DNA of 64,000 nt from Thalassobaculaceae bacterium (GCA_965228875.1 OZ245843.1:186001-250000); one strand, 5' to 3'; positions 18,033 through 27,978 are shown, counted from the first letter of the stretch. Translations and numbers: made by a program. The notes: generated from the letters alone by a model not told the origin.

Positions 18033-20168
18033 TCAGATCTGTCCCAAGGTCCGGATCTTCGCCTTCGGATGGATCTCATTTTGCGATATTATCACGGTCT
18101 GCGGCCGGAACCGCTCGATGATCGAACGCACGTACGGCCGGATCGCCGGCGAGGTCAGGAGCGCCGGCTGCTCGCCCATCGCAGTGTACTTGTCGAACTG
18201 GTGGCGAACGGTCGTGATGAACTGCTGCAGTCGGCTCGGCGCCATCGAGAGCTGACGCTCGTCGCCCTGGCCGACCATGGATTCCGCGAAGGCCTGCTCC
18301 CATTCCGGCGACAGCGTGACCAGCGGAATGACGCCATCCTCCCCGGCCTGTGACTCGCTGATCTGGCGCGCCAGGCGCGAGCGCACGTGTTCGGTGATGG
18401 TCGAGACGTTGCGGCTGTAGCCGGCGGCCTCGCCGACCCCCTCCAGAATGGTCGGCAGATCGCGGATCGAGACCCGCTCGGTCAGCAGACTCTGCAGCAC
18501 CCGCTGCAGGCCGCCGAGCGAGATCTGGTTGGGGACGATGTCGGCGACCAGCTTCTGGTGGTCGGGCCCGAGTTCGTCCAGCAGCTTCTGGGTCTCGCCG
18601 TAGGACAGCAGTTCCGACATGTGGTCGCGGATGGTCTCGGTGATGTGCGTGGTGATGACCGTCGCCGGATCGACCACCGTATAGCCCTTGAACAGCGCCT
18701 CCTCGCGATGGTCGGGGGCCACCCACATCGCCGGCAGGCCGAAGGTCGGCTCCCGCGTGGCAGTGCCGGGAAGGTCGATCTGACCGCCTGTGGGATCCAT
18801 CACCAGCAGCCGGTTCGGCCGAAGCTCGCCGGTGCCGACCTCGATCTCCTTGATGCGGATGACATAGGCGTTGGCGCCGAGCTGCAGGTTATCCTGGATA
18901 CGGACCTGCGGCATGATGAAGCCGCTCTCGACCGCGAGCTGTCGGCGCAGGGCCTTGATCTGGTCGGTGAGCCGCTGACCCTCCGTCGCCTCGTTGATCA
19001 GCGGCAGCAGCCCGTAGCCGAGTTCCAGGCGGATCAGGTCGATGTGCAGGGCCGAACTGATCGGCTCCTCCGGCGGTGGCGCGGTGGCCTCGACCTCGGC
19101 CTCCTCGAGCTCGCGCTGAACCTCCTGCTCGCCCTGCCGCCAGAGGTAGTAGGCGCCGCCGCCGGTGACCGCGGCGATCAGAAGGAACGGGATCATGGGG
19201 ATGCCCGGCAGCATCGACATGATCACCATCAGACCGGCGCTCATCCACAGGGCCTTAGGATAGCCGCCGAGCTGTCCGAATACCGCCTTGTCGGCCGACC
19301 CCTCCGTCCCGGCCTTGGTGACCAGCATACCGGCCGCCGTGGAGACGATCAGGGCCGGGATCTGACTGACGAGACCGTCGCCGACCGTGAGGATCGTGTA
19401 GGTGTTGGCGGCCTCGGAGAAGCTCAGCCCGTTCTGCGCCATGCCGATGATCATGCCGCCGACCACATTGATCACGGTGATCAGCAGGCCGGCGATGGCG
19501 TCGCCGCGCACGAATTTCGAGGCACCGTCCATGGAGCCGTAGAAGCTGCTCTCGCTGGTCAGTTCCTCGCGCCGGTTACGCGCCTCGTCCTCGTTGATCA
19601 GACCGCTGGACAGGTCGGCGTCGATCGCCATCTGCTTGCCCGGCATCGCGTCCAGGCTGAACCGGGCGGAGACCTCGGCGATACGCCCCGAGCCCTTGGT
19701 GATGACGATGAAGTTCACCAGGACCAGAATGGCGAAGACGATGACGCCGATCACCGGGTTGCCGGACATCATGAAGTTGCCGAACGCCTGGATGACCTGC
19801 CCGGCGGCATCGGGGCCGGTGTGGCCCTCGCCGAGGATCAGGCGGGTCGAGGCGAGGTTCAGCGACAGCCGCAGCATCGTCGCGATCAGCAGGATGGTCG
19901 GGAACGAGCTGAACTGCAGCGGCTTCTCGATGAACATCACCGTCATCAGGATCAGCACCGAGAACACGAGGCTGATCGCCAGGCTGAAGTCCAGCAGCCA
20001 GGTCGGCATCGGCAGGATCAGCACCGACAGGATGCCGATCACGCCGCCCGCAAGCAGCAGGTCGCCGCGCTTGGTCAGGCTCTCCAGGCTGAACGCCGGC
20101 ATCGAGAAGCCGCCTCCGCCGCCTCCGCCGCCGTCTCCGCCTGTCTGCTGGTTGGAGGTGTCCGCCAT
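18033..20168 (-). CDS. flhA: Flagellar export gate protein FlhA
   Basis: RIAEVSARFSLDAMPGKQMAIDADL, FYGSMDGASKFVRGD, GDGLVSQIPAL. Confidence 0.98.
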   Translation of the reverse strand: MADTSNQQTGGDGGGGGGGGFSMPAFSLESLTKRGDLLLAGGVIGILSVLILPMPTWLLDFSLAISLVFSVLILMTVMFIEKPLQFSSFPTILLIATMLRLSLNLASTRLILGEGHTGPDAAGQVIQAFGNFMMSGNPVIGVIVFAILVLVNFIVITKGSGRIAEVSARFSLDAMPGKQMAIDADLSSGLINEDEARNRREELTSESSFYGSMDGASKFVRGDAIAGLLITVINVVGGMIIGMAQNGLSFSEAANTYTILTVGDGLVSQIPALIVSTAAGMLVTKAGTEGSADKAVFGQLGGYPKALWMSAGLMVIMSMLPGIPMIPFLLIAAVTGGGAYYLWRQGEQEVQRELEEAEVEATAPPPEEPISSALHIDLIRLELGYGLLPLINEATEGQRLTDQIKALRRQLAVESGFIMPQVRIQDNLQLGANAYVIRIKEIEVGTGELRPNRLLVMDPTGGQIDLPGTATREPTFGLPAMWVAPDHREEALFKGYTVVDPATVITTHITETIRDHMSELLSYGETQKLLDELGPDHQKLVADIVPNQISLGGLQRVLQSLLTERVSIRDLPTILEGVGEAAGYSRNVSTITEHVRSRLARQISESQAGEDGVIPLVTLSPEWEQAFAESMVGQGDERQLSMAPSRLQQFITTVRHQFDKYTAMGEQPALLTSPAIRPYVRSIIERFRPQTVIISQNEIHPKAKIRTLGQI

Positions 20169-20224
20169 CGCTCAGTCAGCTCGTCCCGCTGCGCCGGTCG
20201 CCCCGTTCATCGCACGACGTGCCG

Positions 20225-21676
20225 TCACCCCGCCACCCGGTCGTTCTCGCCCGGCGCCGGAACTGTGTAGCCCTCGTCCATGTACTGCTTGACCTTGTTG
20301 CGCAGGGTCCGGATCGAGATGCCGAGGATATTCGCCGCGTGGGTCCGGTTGCCCAGGCAGTGGGAGAGCGTGTCGATGATCAGGTGGCGTTCCACGTCCG
20401 CCACCGTGCGCCCGACAAGTCCGCCGGTGTCGGTCGCCGCCGGCGCTCCCGCCGGAGAGGCGGGCTCCGCCACGGCGGGCGCCGGGGAGGGCGGTGAGGC
20501 GGGAGCTGCCGGCGCCGCCGCAGGCGCCGCGCTTTGAGCGCTGGAGAAGGCCGGCGTGGGCGACGCCGGGGTCATGCCCTCGCCGGTCAGAACGATGGCG
20601 TCGGAGTCGATCTCGTCGCCATGGGCCAGCAGCACGGCGCGGTGCAGGGTATTCTCCAGCTCGCGGACGTTGCCGCGCCAGGTATGGCTCTCCAGGCGTG
20701 CCAGCGCCGCCTCGGTCAGCTTGCGCTCGGGCAGGGCGTTGGCTTCGGCGTATTTCTTGGCGAAGTGGCCGGCCAGCGCGCGAATGTCGCCGGGCCGGTC
20801 GCGCAGGGCCGGAAGCTGCAGGTTGAACACGTTCAGACGGAAGTAGAGATCCTCGCGAAAGTGCCCGTCCTGGACGTGGCGTTCCAGGTCGCGGTTCGAT
20901 GTGGCGATCAGGCGGATGTCCACCCTGACCGGCGTGCTGCCGCCGACCCTGTCGATCTCGCGCTCCTGGATGGCGCGCAGCAGCTTGGCCTGCAGGCGGA
21001 TGTCCATCTCGCTGATCTCGTCCAGCAGCAGGGTGCCGCCATGGGCTTCCTCGAACTTGCCGATGCGCTTGGCGACGGCGCCGGTGAAGGCCCCCTTCTC
21101 GTGACCGAACAGTTCGGATTCCAGAAGGTTGTCCGGGATCGCCGCGCAGTTGACCGAGACGAACTTCTCGTTGGCCCGGCGCGACTTCGAATGGACGTAG
21201 CGGGCCAGGACCTCCTTGCCGGTACCGGACTCGCCGGTGACCAGCACACTGGCATCCGACGGCGCGATCTGGTCGGCGAGCTTCAGCACGCCGGCCATGA
21301 TCGGGTCGCGGAAGATGACGCTGCTCTGCTCCTCGGCGACGGCGGCGAGGATGGCGGCGATCATCTCCGGGTTCGGCGGCAGGGGCACGTATTCCTTGGC
21401 GCCCGCGCGGATCGCGGCGACCGCTGCATCCGGATCCGACTGCACGCCGCAGGCGACGACTGGGCAGTTGATCCGCTCCTGCTTCATCTGCTTCAGCATC
21501 TTGGCGACGGGCTGGCGCACATCGACCATGGTCAGGTCGGCGCCCGGTCCCTCGCGCAGGATTTTCAGGCCGGCCTCGATCCCGTCCACGTGGCTGACCT
21601 TGGCGCCGCGCTGCAACGCGATTTGACCGGCCGCACTGATGTGGCCTTCCAGGGTTCCGACGATCAACAGACGCAT
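20225..21676 (-). CDS. flbD: Sigma54-dependent flagellar activator FlbD
   Basis: Atypical receiver (VVACG..AGAKEYVPLPP), GESGTGKE, GAFTGA, C-terminal HTH LGISIRTLRNK; position in the fliF operon. Confidence 0.93.
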   Translation of the reverse strand: MRLLIVGTLEGHISAAGQIALQRGAKVSHVDGIEAGLKILREGPGADLTMVDVRQPVAKMLKQMKQERINCPVVACGVQSDPDAAVAAIRAGAKEYVPLPPNPEMIAAILAAVAEEQSSVIFRDPIMAGVLKLADQIAPSDASVLVTGESGTGKEVLARYVHSKSRRANEKFVSVNCAAIPDNLLESELFGHEKGAFTGAVAKRIGKFEEAHGGTLLLDEISEMDIRLQAKLLRAIQEREIDRVGGSTPVRVDIRLIATSNRDLERHVQDGHFREDLYFRLNVFNLQLPALRDRPGDIRALAGHFAKKYAEANALPERKLTEAALARLESHTWRGNVRELENTLHRAVLLAHGDEIDSDAIVLTGEGMTPASPTPAFSSAQSAAPAAAPAAPASPPSPAPAVAEPASPAGAPAATDTGGLVGRTVADVERHLIIDTLSHCLGNRTHAANILGISIRTLRNKVKQYMDEGYTVPAPGENDRVAG

Positions 21677-21697
21677 CTGCAGGCTCCGATGGCGGGA

Positions 21698-22555
21698 TCA
21701 GGTGTAGTAGGCGAGCCGCCGCGACGGCGGCAGGACGGTGTTCAGCATGGTCTCGAGCTGACGGGGGTTTTCCTGGCGGGCGATCGAGGCGGCGCAGACC
21801 ATGTAGACCTGCTGGATCAGCCGCTCGTCGGCGGCGTTGCGGTCGACCTTCGCGGCGATCGGCGCGAACACCATGTAGGCCATGACCGCGCCGTAGAAGG
21901 TGGTCAGCAGCGCCACCGCCATGGCCGGGCCGATGCTGTTCGGATCGTTGAGGGTGGCCAGCATCTGGATCAGGCCAACCAGGGTTCCGATCAGCCCCAT
22001 GGCCGGAGCGACCTCGGCGGCGCGGCGCAAGACGTTGGCCGAGCGGGTCAGGCGTTCGGTCGTCGCCTCGATCTCGGTGTTCAGCACCGCCTCGATCTGG
22101 TCCGCCGTCGTGCCGTCCACCGCCATCGCCACCGCGCGCTGCAGGAAGGGCTCGCGGTCGAGCTGGGGCAGGATCGCGTCCAGCGCCAGCACACCGGCGC
22201 GCCGCGCGATCTCCGACAGGTTCATCGCCCGCTCGCAGGCCCGCCGGCTGTCGCGCTGCGGGGGAAACAGGGTTCGGACCATGAGCGGCACGACGCTGAA
22301 CGCCTCGCCGAGCGAGAACGAGATCGTCGTCACCGCCAGGGTGCCGAGAAACACGATCAGCACGCTGGGCAGGTTCCAGAACGAGGCGAGCGAGCCGCCC
22401 CATACCATGGCGGTGATCACCAGGACGAAGGCCGTCGACAGGCCGAGCAGGAGTGCACCGTCCACGGTGGTCCCGGACGCCGGGACCTCGTAGGCCATCG
22501 TGCCGCCGCCGGTCTGGGGCGCGGCCCGGGAGGGTGCGAAATTCGCATCCGCCAT
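21698..22555 (-). CDS. motA: Stator A subunit (MotA/PomA)
   Basis: APAMGLIGTLVGL, IGPAMAVALLTTFYG, ARRAGVLAL; start 22555 or 22579. Confidence 0.92.
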   Translation of the reverse strand: MADANFAPSRAAPQTGGGTMAYEVPASGTTVDGALLLGLSTAFVLVITAMVWGGSLASFWNLPSVLIVFLGTLAVTTISFSLGEAFSVVPLMVRTLFPPQRDSRRACERAMNLSEIARRAGVLALDAILPQLDREPFLQRAVAMAVDGTTADQIEAVLNTEIEATTERLTRSANVLRRAAEVAPAMGLIGTLVGLIQMLATLNDPNSIGPAMAVALLTTFYGAVMAYMVFAPIAAKVDRNAADERLIQQVYMVCAASIARQENPRQLETMLNTVLPPSRRLAYYT

Positions 22556-22620
22556 GCGTCGTTCTCCGTCCTCCGGCATGGTGCGCGACCGTCCCGCCGT
22601 TGCGCGTCCCGGCGCCGCCG

Positions 22621-22992
22621 TCAGGCGGGCCGGTCCGCCTTGATGATTTCGGTCATGGTCACGCCGAGCCGCTCGTCGACGATCACCACCTCGCCGCGGG
22701 CGACCAGGCGGTTGTTGACGTAGATGTCGATCGCCTCGCCGACCTTGCGGTCCAGTTCGACCACGGCGCCGCGGCCGAGCTTGAGCAACTGGCTCACCTG
22801 CATGCTGGTTTTGCCGAGCACGGCCGAGACCTGGACCGGGATGTCATACACCGCCTCGAGTTCGCGCGCGGTGATCTGGCCCTTGCCGTCGTCGCCGATG
22901 ACCTCCTCGGGCTCGTCTTCGGCCTGCTGGGCCATGGCCGCGGCCATGTCGTCGTCGTCGAGGTCGTCGAGGTTGAGATCGTCGTCGGACAT
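22621..22992 (-). CDS. fliN: C-ring protein FliN
   Basis: YDIPV.VSAVLG, LDRKVGE, ARGEVV, LGVTMTEI. Confidence 0.95.
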   Translation of the reverse strand: MSDDDLNLDDLDDDDMAAAMAQQAEDEPEEVIGDDGKGQITARELEAVYDIPVQVSAVLGKTSMQVSQLLKLGRGAVVELDRKVGEAIDIYVNNRLVARGEVVIVDERLGVTMTEIIKADRPA

Positions 22993-23004
22993 TGCGTCCT
23001 CCTA

Positions 23005-23790
23005 TCAGGCGGGGGTGGGGTGCGGCGCATCCGCATCCTGTTCGGCCGTCGCCGCTTCCTCGGCAATCGGCTCCTGCGCAGCGGCAGCCGTCGTTTCGGT
23101 CTCCGGCGGGCTCGACCGCTCTCGCTTCGGCGATCCGGCGAGAACCCGGTCGACGATCTGGTCGATCTGCGCCCAGACATCGTCGAGCGAGCGTTCGACC
23201 GCGCCGGCCTGCCAAGACACCCGGCAGTCGTCGATTGGCAGTTCCGGGTCGCCGACCAGAACCACCTGACCTTCGTACCCGACGCGCGAGGCCATCAGGT
23301 CGACCTTGCCGGTGAGCTGTTCCTCCAGGTCCTTGGCGACGCGGATCATCACCTTGGGCTGCTCGGTCAGGAAGCCGAAGGCCTCGCGGATCACCGCCTC
23401 GACCTCGGGCAGTTCCTTGTCGCGCACCAGTTCCGGGGCGAGCCGGGCCATCACCGCGACGCCAAGCCGCGCCGCGTCGGCCTCCATTTCCTTGGTCCAG
23501 GCCTTGTGCTGCTCGAAGACCTTCGGCACGCGGGAGAACACCGCGTCCAGGGTTCGGGCGATCTGTTGCTCGATGCCGGCCATGGCGTCGTCCATGCCAT
23601 CCTGCCGACCCTTGGCATAGGCTTCGGAGCGGGCCGTCTCGAGTTCCTCCACCGAGTACACCGGCGGCCGGTTGGCCTCCGCTTCCTCGGCCTCGCGCCG
23701 GGCGGCCTCCTCGGCGGCCCGGCGTGCGTCATCCGCTCCGTCGTCGAAGCTGTAGTCGAAGAGAAAACGCTTTGGCTTGGCCGTACGCAC
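23005..23790 (-). CDS. fliH: Export ATPase regulator FliH (FlbE)
   Basis: RFLFDYSFD N-terminus, AxxxG repeats, DCRVSW..G.VER; lies between fliF and fliN. Confidence 0.85.
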   Translation of the reverse strand: MRTAKPKRFLFDYSFDDGADDARRAAEEAARREAEEAEANRPPVYSVEELETARSEAYAKGRQDGMDDAMAGIEQQIARTLDAVFSRVPKVFEQHKAWTKEMEADAARLGVAVMARLAPELVRDKELPEVEAVIREAFGFLTEQPKVMIRVAKDLEEQLTGKVDLMASRVGYEGQVVLVGDPELPIDDCRVSWQAGAVERSLDDVWAQIDQIVDRVLAGSPKRERSSPPETETTAAAAQEPIAEEAATAEQDADAPHPTPA

Positions 23791-23953
23791 CTGCTCCCCA
23801 TTCCGGCGGCGTCGCCGCCCTCACTACGAGTTTCCGTCCAGGCATCGGACCCTGGCGTCCCAGTCTATCAGCCGCCCGACCGACCCGGCGATGCCGGATC
23901 GATCGCCAGGCCGCGCGGCCCGACGGCGGCGTCCAAGGCGCGGTTGGCCCGCG

Positions 23954-25639
23954 TCAGGTCTGCGCCCCCTCCTGGTACATCCAGTTGCGGATGATCGCGA
24001 CGGCCTCCTCCGGGTGCTTGTCGACGATCTCGCCGATCTTGCGCAGCGAGGACGCGCGGACCCGACCCTCGACCTGGTTGATGTCGATCATCTGGTCGAG
24101 CAGGCTTTCCTCGGCATCTTCCTCGCCTTCAAGCAGTTCGGCCATGTCGGCGGTGGCGCCGGGCCCGGCGAGCTGCGCCATCTCGCCGCCGGCCATCAGG
24201 GTGCCGGCGCCGCCTCCGCCGCTTGCCAGCGTGGTCGGCATGCTCTCGAACAGGCGGGTCAGGACCGGGCGGACCACCAGCAGGATCACCAGCAGACCGA
24301 CCACGGCGAGGACCAGCACCTCGGCGAGCTGCAGCAGCTCCTCCTTGGAGACGCCGAACAGCAGCGATCCGTCGTCGAGATCGCCCGGCTCGAGCTTGAC
24401 GAATTCCATGTTGACGACCTCGACCACGTCGTTGCGGTCGGCGTCGTAGCCGATGGCCGACTTGACCAGCGTCTCGATCGCGTCGAGCTGCTCCTGGCTC
24501 CGCGGCTCGTAGATCCGGTCGCCGTCGTCGTTGCGCACGTAGTTGCCGTCGACAAGCACCGCGACCGACAGCCGCTGAACCTCGCCGCCCTCCTTGACCC
24601 GTTCGGTGACCGTGCGGGAGATCTCGAAGTTCGTGGTCTCCTCGGTCCGGCTTTCCTGGCGGTTGGCGGTGTTCGTCGTGCCGGAGCCGTCGACCTCGGA
24701 TTCCGGCAGGTTGTTCTGGACCGTGACCGTGTCCTCGCCGGCGCGCTCGGACTCGCTGCTGGTCTCTTCGATCGCCTGGGTCGAGCGGGCCACCACTTCG
24801 TCCGGATTGTAACGTTCCCGGCTCTCGACCAGTCGGTCGTAATTGATGTCCGCCGTGACCTCGGCGCGGACCCGTCCGAGGCCGACCGTGCGCTCGACCA
24901 GTTCCTCGATCTGCTGGCGCAGCCGATTCTCGAACGCCCGTCGCATCTCCTCGGCGTTCTGCAGGGCGAGGGAGGCGGACCCTTCCTCGCCGAAGCCGCG
25001 GGCCAGGAGCTGGCCGCGATCGTCCAGGATCGAGACGCCTTCCGGGGTGAGCTGGGGGACGGCGGCGGCGACCAGGTGCTGGATCGAGAGGATCTCCTCC
25101 TTACCGGGCCGCAGCGTGCCGTTGGTCTGCAGGACGACCGAGGCGCTGGGCTCCTGCTGCTGGCGCGAGAACAGCTCGCGGCGCGGCAGCACGAGGTGGA
25201 CGCGCGCGCCCCGGACGTTGCGGATCGAGGAGATCGTGCGGGCGAGTTCGCCCTCCAGGGCGCGCACCAGGTTGACGTTCTGCACGAAGCTCGTGGTGCC
25301 GAGGCCCTGGCTCTCGTCGAAGATCTCGTAGCCCATCGAGCCGCCGCCGGGCAGGCCCTGTTCGGCAAGGCTGACGCGGAGGTTGAGCATCTGGTCGGAG
25401 GGAACGAAGACCTGGGTTCCGCCGGCCTTGAGCTGGTAGGGGATGCTGCGGCTGTCCAGTTCGCGCACGATGGCGCCACTATCCGCCGGATCGAGGTCGG
25501 AGTAGAGCAGCGACATGCTGCCCGTCGAGAGGCGCGACACCAGGAAGATGAAGAAGCCGACGACGGCGATGGCGGTGCCGGCCAGGGCGGCCAGACGCAC
25601 CGGGCCCAGATTGCGGACGAGATCGGCGAACGGGTTCAT
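23954..25639 (-). CDS. fliF: MS-ring protein FliF
   Basis: GYEIFD, RALEGELARTI, ARVHLVLP, RLSVAVLVDG; two TM helices; C-terminal IIRNWM. Confidence 0.97.
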   Translation of the reverse strand: MNPFADLVRNLGPVRLAALAGTAIAVVGFFIFLVSRLSTGSMSLLYSDLDPADSGAIVRELDSRSIPYQLKAGGTQVFVPSDQMLNLRVSLAEQGLPGGGSMGYEIFDESQGLGTTSFVQNVNLVRALEGELARTISSIRNVRGARVHLVLPRRELFSRQQQEPSASVVLQTNGTLRPGKEEILSIQHLVAAAVPQLTPEGVSILDDRGQLLARGFGEEGSASLALQNAEEMRRAFENRLRQQIEELVERTVGLGRVRAEVTADINYDRLVESRERYNPDEVVARSTQAIEETSSESERAGEDTVTVQNNLPESEVDGSGTTNTANRQESRTEETTNFEISRTVTERVKEGGEVQRLSVAVLVDGNYVRNDDGDRIYEPRSQEQLDAIETLVKSAIGYDADRNDVVEVVNMEFVKLEPGDLDDGSLLFGVSKEELLQLAEVLVLAVVGLLVILLVVRPVLTRLFESMPTTLASGGGGAGTLMAGGEMAQLAGPGATADMAELLEGEEDAEESLLDQMIDINQVEGRVRASSLRKIGEIVDKHPEEAVAIIRNWMYQEGAQT

Positions 25640-25741
25640 GGTCGGTCACTTCCCCCACATGGGACGGTCCGGCGGCAAAGCTTTCGACAAATTGGATAAA
25701 ATTTTATACAAAATCACAATGCCCTTGTCCATGGCCATATG

Positions 25742-25754
25742 GGCAAAATTTTCC
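25742..25754. promoter_or_regulatory. ftr-like (FlbD) site in the fliF promoter region
   Basis: GGCA-AAATT-TTCC, about 30 bp on the fliF side of the CtrA-like box, like ftr4 at Caulobacter fliF. Confidence 0.45.
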
Positions 25755-25783
25755 TACCCAAGCTATCATTGTTTTCTGTAAAA

Positions 25784-25799
25784 GTTAACAGATAATTAG
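25784..25799 (-). promoter_or_regulatory. CtrA-like binding site upstream of fliF
   Basis: Minus strand CTAA-N7-TTAAC versus TTAA-N7-TTAAC consensus, in an AT-rich intergenic region. Confidence 0.65.
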
Positions 25800-25856
25800 C
25801 GGCGATCGTTTGAGTGCGGACTGAACCGCGGCCGCCGAAAGGACGCGAGGAAAGGC

Positions 25857-27425
25857 ATGGTGCAGAGCGGAAAGACTCCCCCGCCCGGGACGGCGTCTCG
25901 GACGCCGCCGCGCTGGGCTGACCCGCGCAATCCCCAGGCCCGCCAGCACGCGGCCATGGTGCAGGCGGGCATCGCCGCGTACGAGGCCGGCGACATCGAC
26001 ACCGCCCGGGCCCGTTTCCGTGCCGTTCTCGATCAGGACATCGAGCACCCGGACGCCCTCATGGGCATGGGCGTGGTGGCGCGGGCGATGCGCCAGCATC
26101 AGACGGCGGCGGAGCTGCTGCGCCGCTCGGTCGCCGTCAATCCGCAATCGGCCATGGCCTGGTCGAACCTGGCCAACGCGCTGCAGGACCTGGATCTCTG
26201 GGAGGATGCGGTGCGCGCCAACGAGGAGGCGGTGAAGCTGATGCCGGCGCATCCCGGCATCCGTCAGAACCTCGGCAGTTCCCTGAACGCGATCGACAGG
26301 CCGTACCAGGCCCTTCCACATTATCGCGAGGCGCTGAAGCAGGCCGGCAGCCCGGTCGACGCCATCGTCAACTATGCCACCGTCCTGTCCCGGGTCGGGG
26401 AATACGGTGCCGCAGACCGCAACTTCAAGCGGGCCCTGAAACAGGCGCCCGGACATCCCGTCGCGAACTTCCACTACGGCATGAACCAGCTGTGGCAGGG
26501 GCATTGGGCGACCGGCTGGCCGCTGCACGAGTGGCGCTTCCTGTCCGGCACCTATGCCGGTTCCCTGCGACCGATCTCGGTCACGCCGAGCCTGCCGGAG
26601 TCCTTCGACGGGATGTCGGTGTTCCTGTTCCGCGAACAGGGCATCGGCGACGAGTTGCGGTTCGCGACCATGGTCGAGGACGTGATCCCCCGCGGCGGAG
26701 AGATCACGCTGGAGTGCTCCGCCAAGCTGCGGCCGCTGTTCGAGCGGAGCTTCCCCGGCCTGCGGCTGGTCACAGCCCGCCACCTGCCGGCCGATCGCGG
26801 GGAGGAGACGTTCGACGTCGCCCTGCCGACCGGCAGTCTCGGCCAGTACCTGCGCCGCAGTCGCGACGCGTTTCCCAGAGACCGGACGTTGCTCAGGACA
26901 GATCCGGCGCGGGTCGCCGGCTTCGCCGAACGGCTGACGGCCCTTGGACCGGGTCTCAAGGTCGGCATCTCCTGGCGGAGCGGCATGCGCGGACGCCTGC
27001 GGTCGGACATGTATGCCGAGATCGACGATCTGGAGCCGCTGTTCCGGCTTAGGGGCGTGGTGTTCGTGAACCTGCAGTACGACGACGCGAGTGCGGAGCT
27101 GGCGCGGGTGCGGGAGCGGTTCGGGATCGAGGTCCATGCCTTCGACGACCTGGACCTGTTCGACGACATCGACGGGTCGGCGGCGCTGACGCAGGCGCTG
27201 GACTTCGTGGTCAGCGCCAACACCTCGGTCGCCACGATCGCCGGTGGCGTGTCCACGCCCGGGATCGAGTTCTTCGGCCGGCCTATCCCGAAGGGTTACG
27301 CGATCGACGGGACCGATCCGTGGTTTCCCTCGATCCGGCCGATGGGCAAGCGACCGAGCGAGCCGTGGAGCGGACTGATCCGGGAAATCGCGACAATCGT
27401 CGAGCGGCGCGCTCGGGGGAACTGA
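25857..27425 (+). CDS. TPR + GT-B glycosyltransferase, FlmG-like (paralogue 1)
   Basis: N-terminal TPRs; GW..HEWR, EQGIGDELRF, VGISWRS, NLQYD, LDFVVSANT. Confidence 0.75.
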   Translation: MVQSGKTPPPGTASRTPPRWADPRNPQARQHAAMVQAGIAAYEAGDIDTARARFRAVLDQDIEHPDALMGMGVVARAMRQHQTAAELLRRSVAVNPQSAMAWSNLANALQDLDLWEDAVRANEEAVKLMPAHPGIRQNLGSSLNAIDRPYQALPHYREALKQAGSPVDAIVNYATVLSRVGEYGAADRNFKRALKQAPGHPVANFHYGMNQLWQGHWATGWPLHEWRFLSGTYAGSLRPISVTPSLPESFDGMSVFLFREQGIGDELRFATMVEDVIPRGGEITLECSAKLRPLFERSFPGLRLVTARHLPADRGEETFDVALPTGSLGQYLRRSRDAFPRDRTLLRTDPARVAGFAERLTALGPGLKVGISWRSGMRGRLRSDMYAEIDDLEPLFRLRGVVFVNLQYDDASAELARVRERFGIEVHAFDDLDLFDDIDGSAALTQALDFVVSANTSVATIAGGVSTPGIEFFGRPIPKGYAIDGTDPWFPSIRPMGKRPSEPWSGLIREIATIVERRARGN

Positions 27426-27438
27426 CCGGGTCGCCGGT

Positions 27439-27753
27439 TCAGCCGCTCTTGCGCCGATACTGCTGGATGCGGGTCGCGCGCAGCCCGCGCACGCCATGAC
27501 GATCGATCAGCCGTTGCCACGACGCGAACTCCTCCTCGCTGAGGTTCCAGCGCGAGCAGGCCTCCTCGACCGTGAGCATGCGGCCACGGACCGCGGCGAC
27601 GACCTCGGCCTTGCGCCGCATGACCCAGCGCTGCGTATCGGTCGGCGGCAGGTCCTCGAGACGCAGGATGTTTCCGTCTGGACCGACCACCTCGGTGACG
27701 CGGTCGGTCGACCCTGCGGCAGCCTTGAAATCGAATGTCGTGTGAGCGGTCAT
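27439..27753 (-). CDS. sciP: CtrA inhibitor SciP (DUF1153)
   Basis: VGPDG..L..EDLPP.DT.RWV.RRKAEVVAAVRG..L..EEAC...LS.EEF..W...G..GLR.TR.Q.YR. Confidence 0.93.
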   Translation of the reverse strand: MTAHTTFDFKAAAGSTDRVTEVVGPDGNILRLEDLPPTDTQRWVMRRKAEVVAAVRGRMLTVEEACSRWNLSEEEFASWQRLIDRHGVRGLRATRIQQYRRKSG

Positions 27754-27804
27754 CGTCGAACACATGCGTTGATATCGGGCTGAGGCGAGTCTGCCATCCA
27801 CCGC

Positions 27805-27819
27805 TTAACAAAAGCCTAA
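27805..27819 (-). promoter_or_regulatory. CtrA-like binding site upstream of sciP
   Basis: TTAA-CAAAAGC-CTAA; sciP is an established CtrA target. Confidence 0.7.
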
Positions 27820-27916
27820 GCACCCGCAGAGCCTTCGCGATCCGGTCGGACAAGCACGAACGCCGCCGCCGGCGGAACCGGGGCGGGGAGGATCGGTCGA
27901 GCGCGCGAGGCGCGGG

Positions 27917-27945
27917 AAAAAGGGCCCCGGCCCGAAGGCCGGGGC
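27917..27945 (-). terminator. Intrinsic terminator of fliK-flgD-flgE
   Basis: Minus strand GCCCCGGCC-TTCG-GGCCGGGGC followed by CCTTTTT. Confidence 0.75.
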
Positions 27946-27978
27946 TAAGGAGAGCGGTATCGCTAGCGGGGGATGCGA

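Noticed and set aside
23791..23953. Possible fliG pseudogene remnant
   Set aside because: No FliG-like residues recognised by eye in the 163 bp
25857..27425. Assigning the TPR-GTs to O-GlcNAc transferase (GT41)
   Set aside because: No GT41-type S.D..HPV motifs; they carry the EQGxGD / WRS / LQY pattern of FlmG/GT9-like proteins
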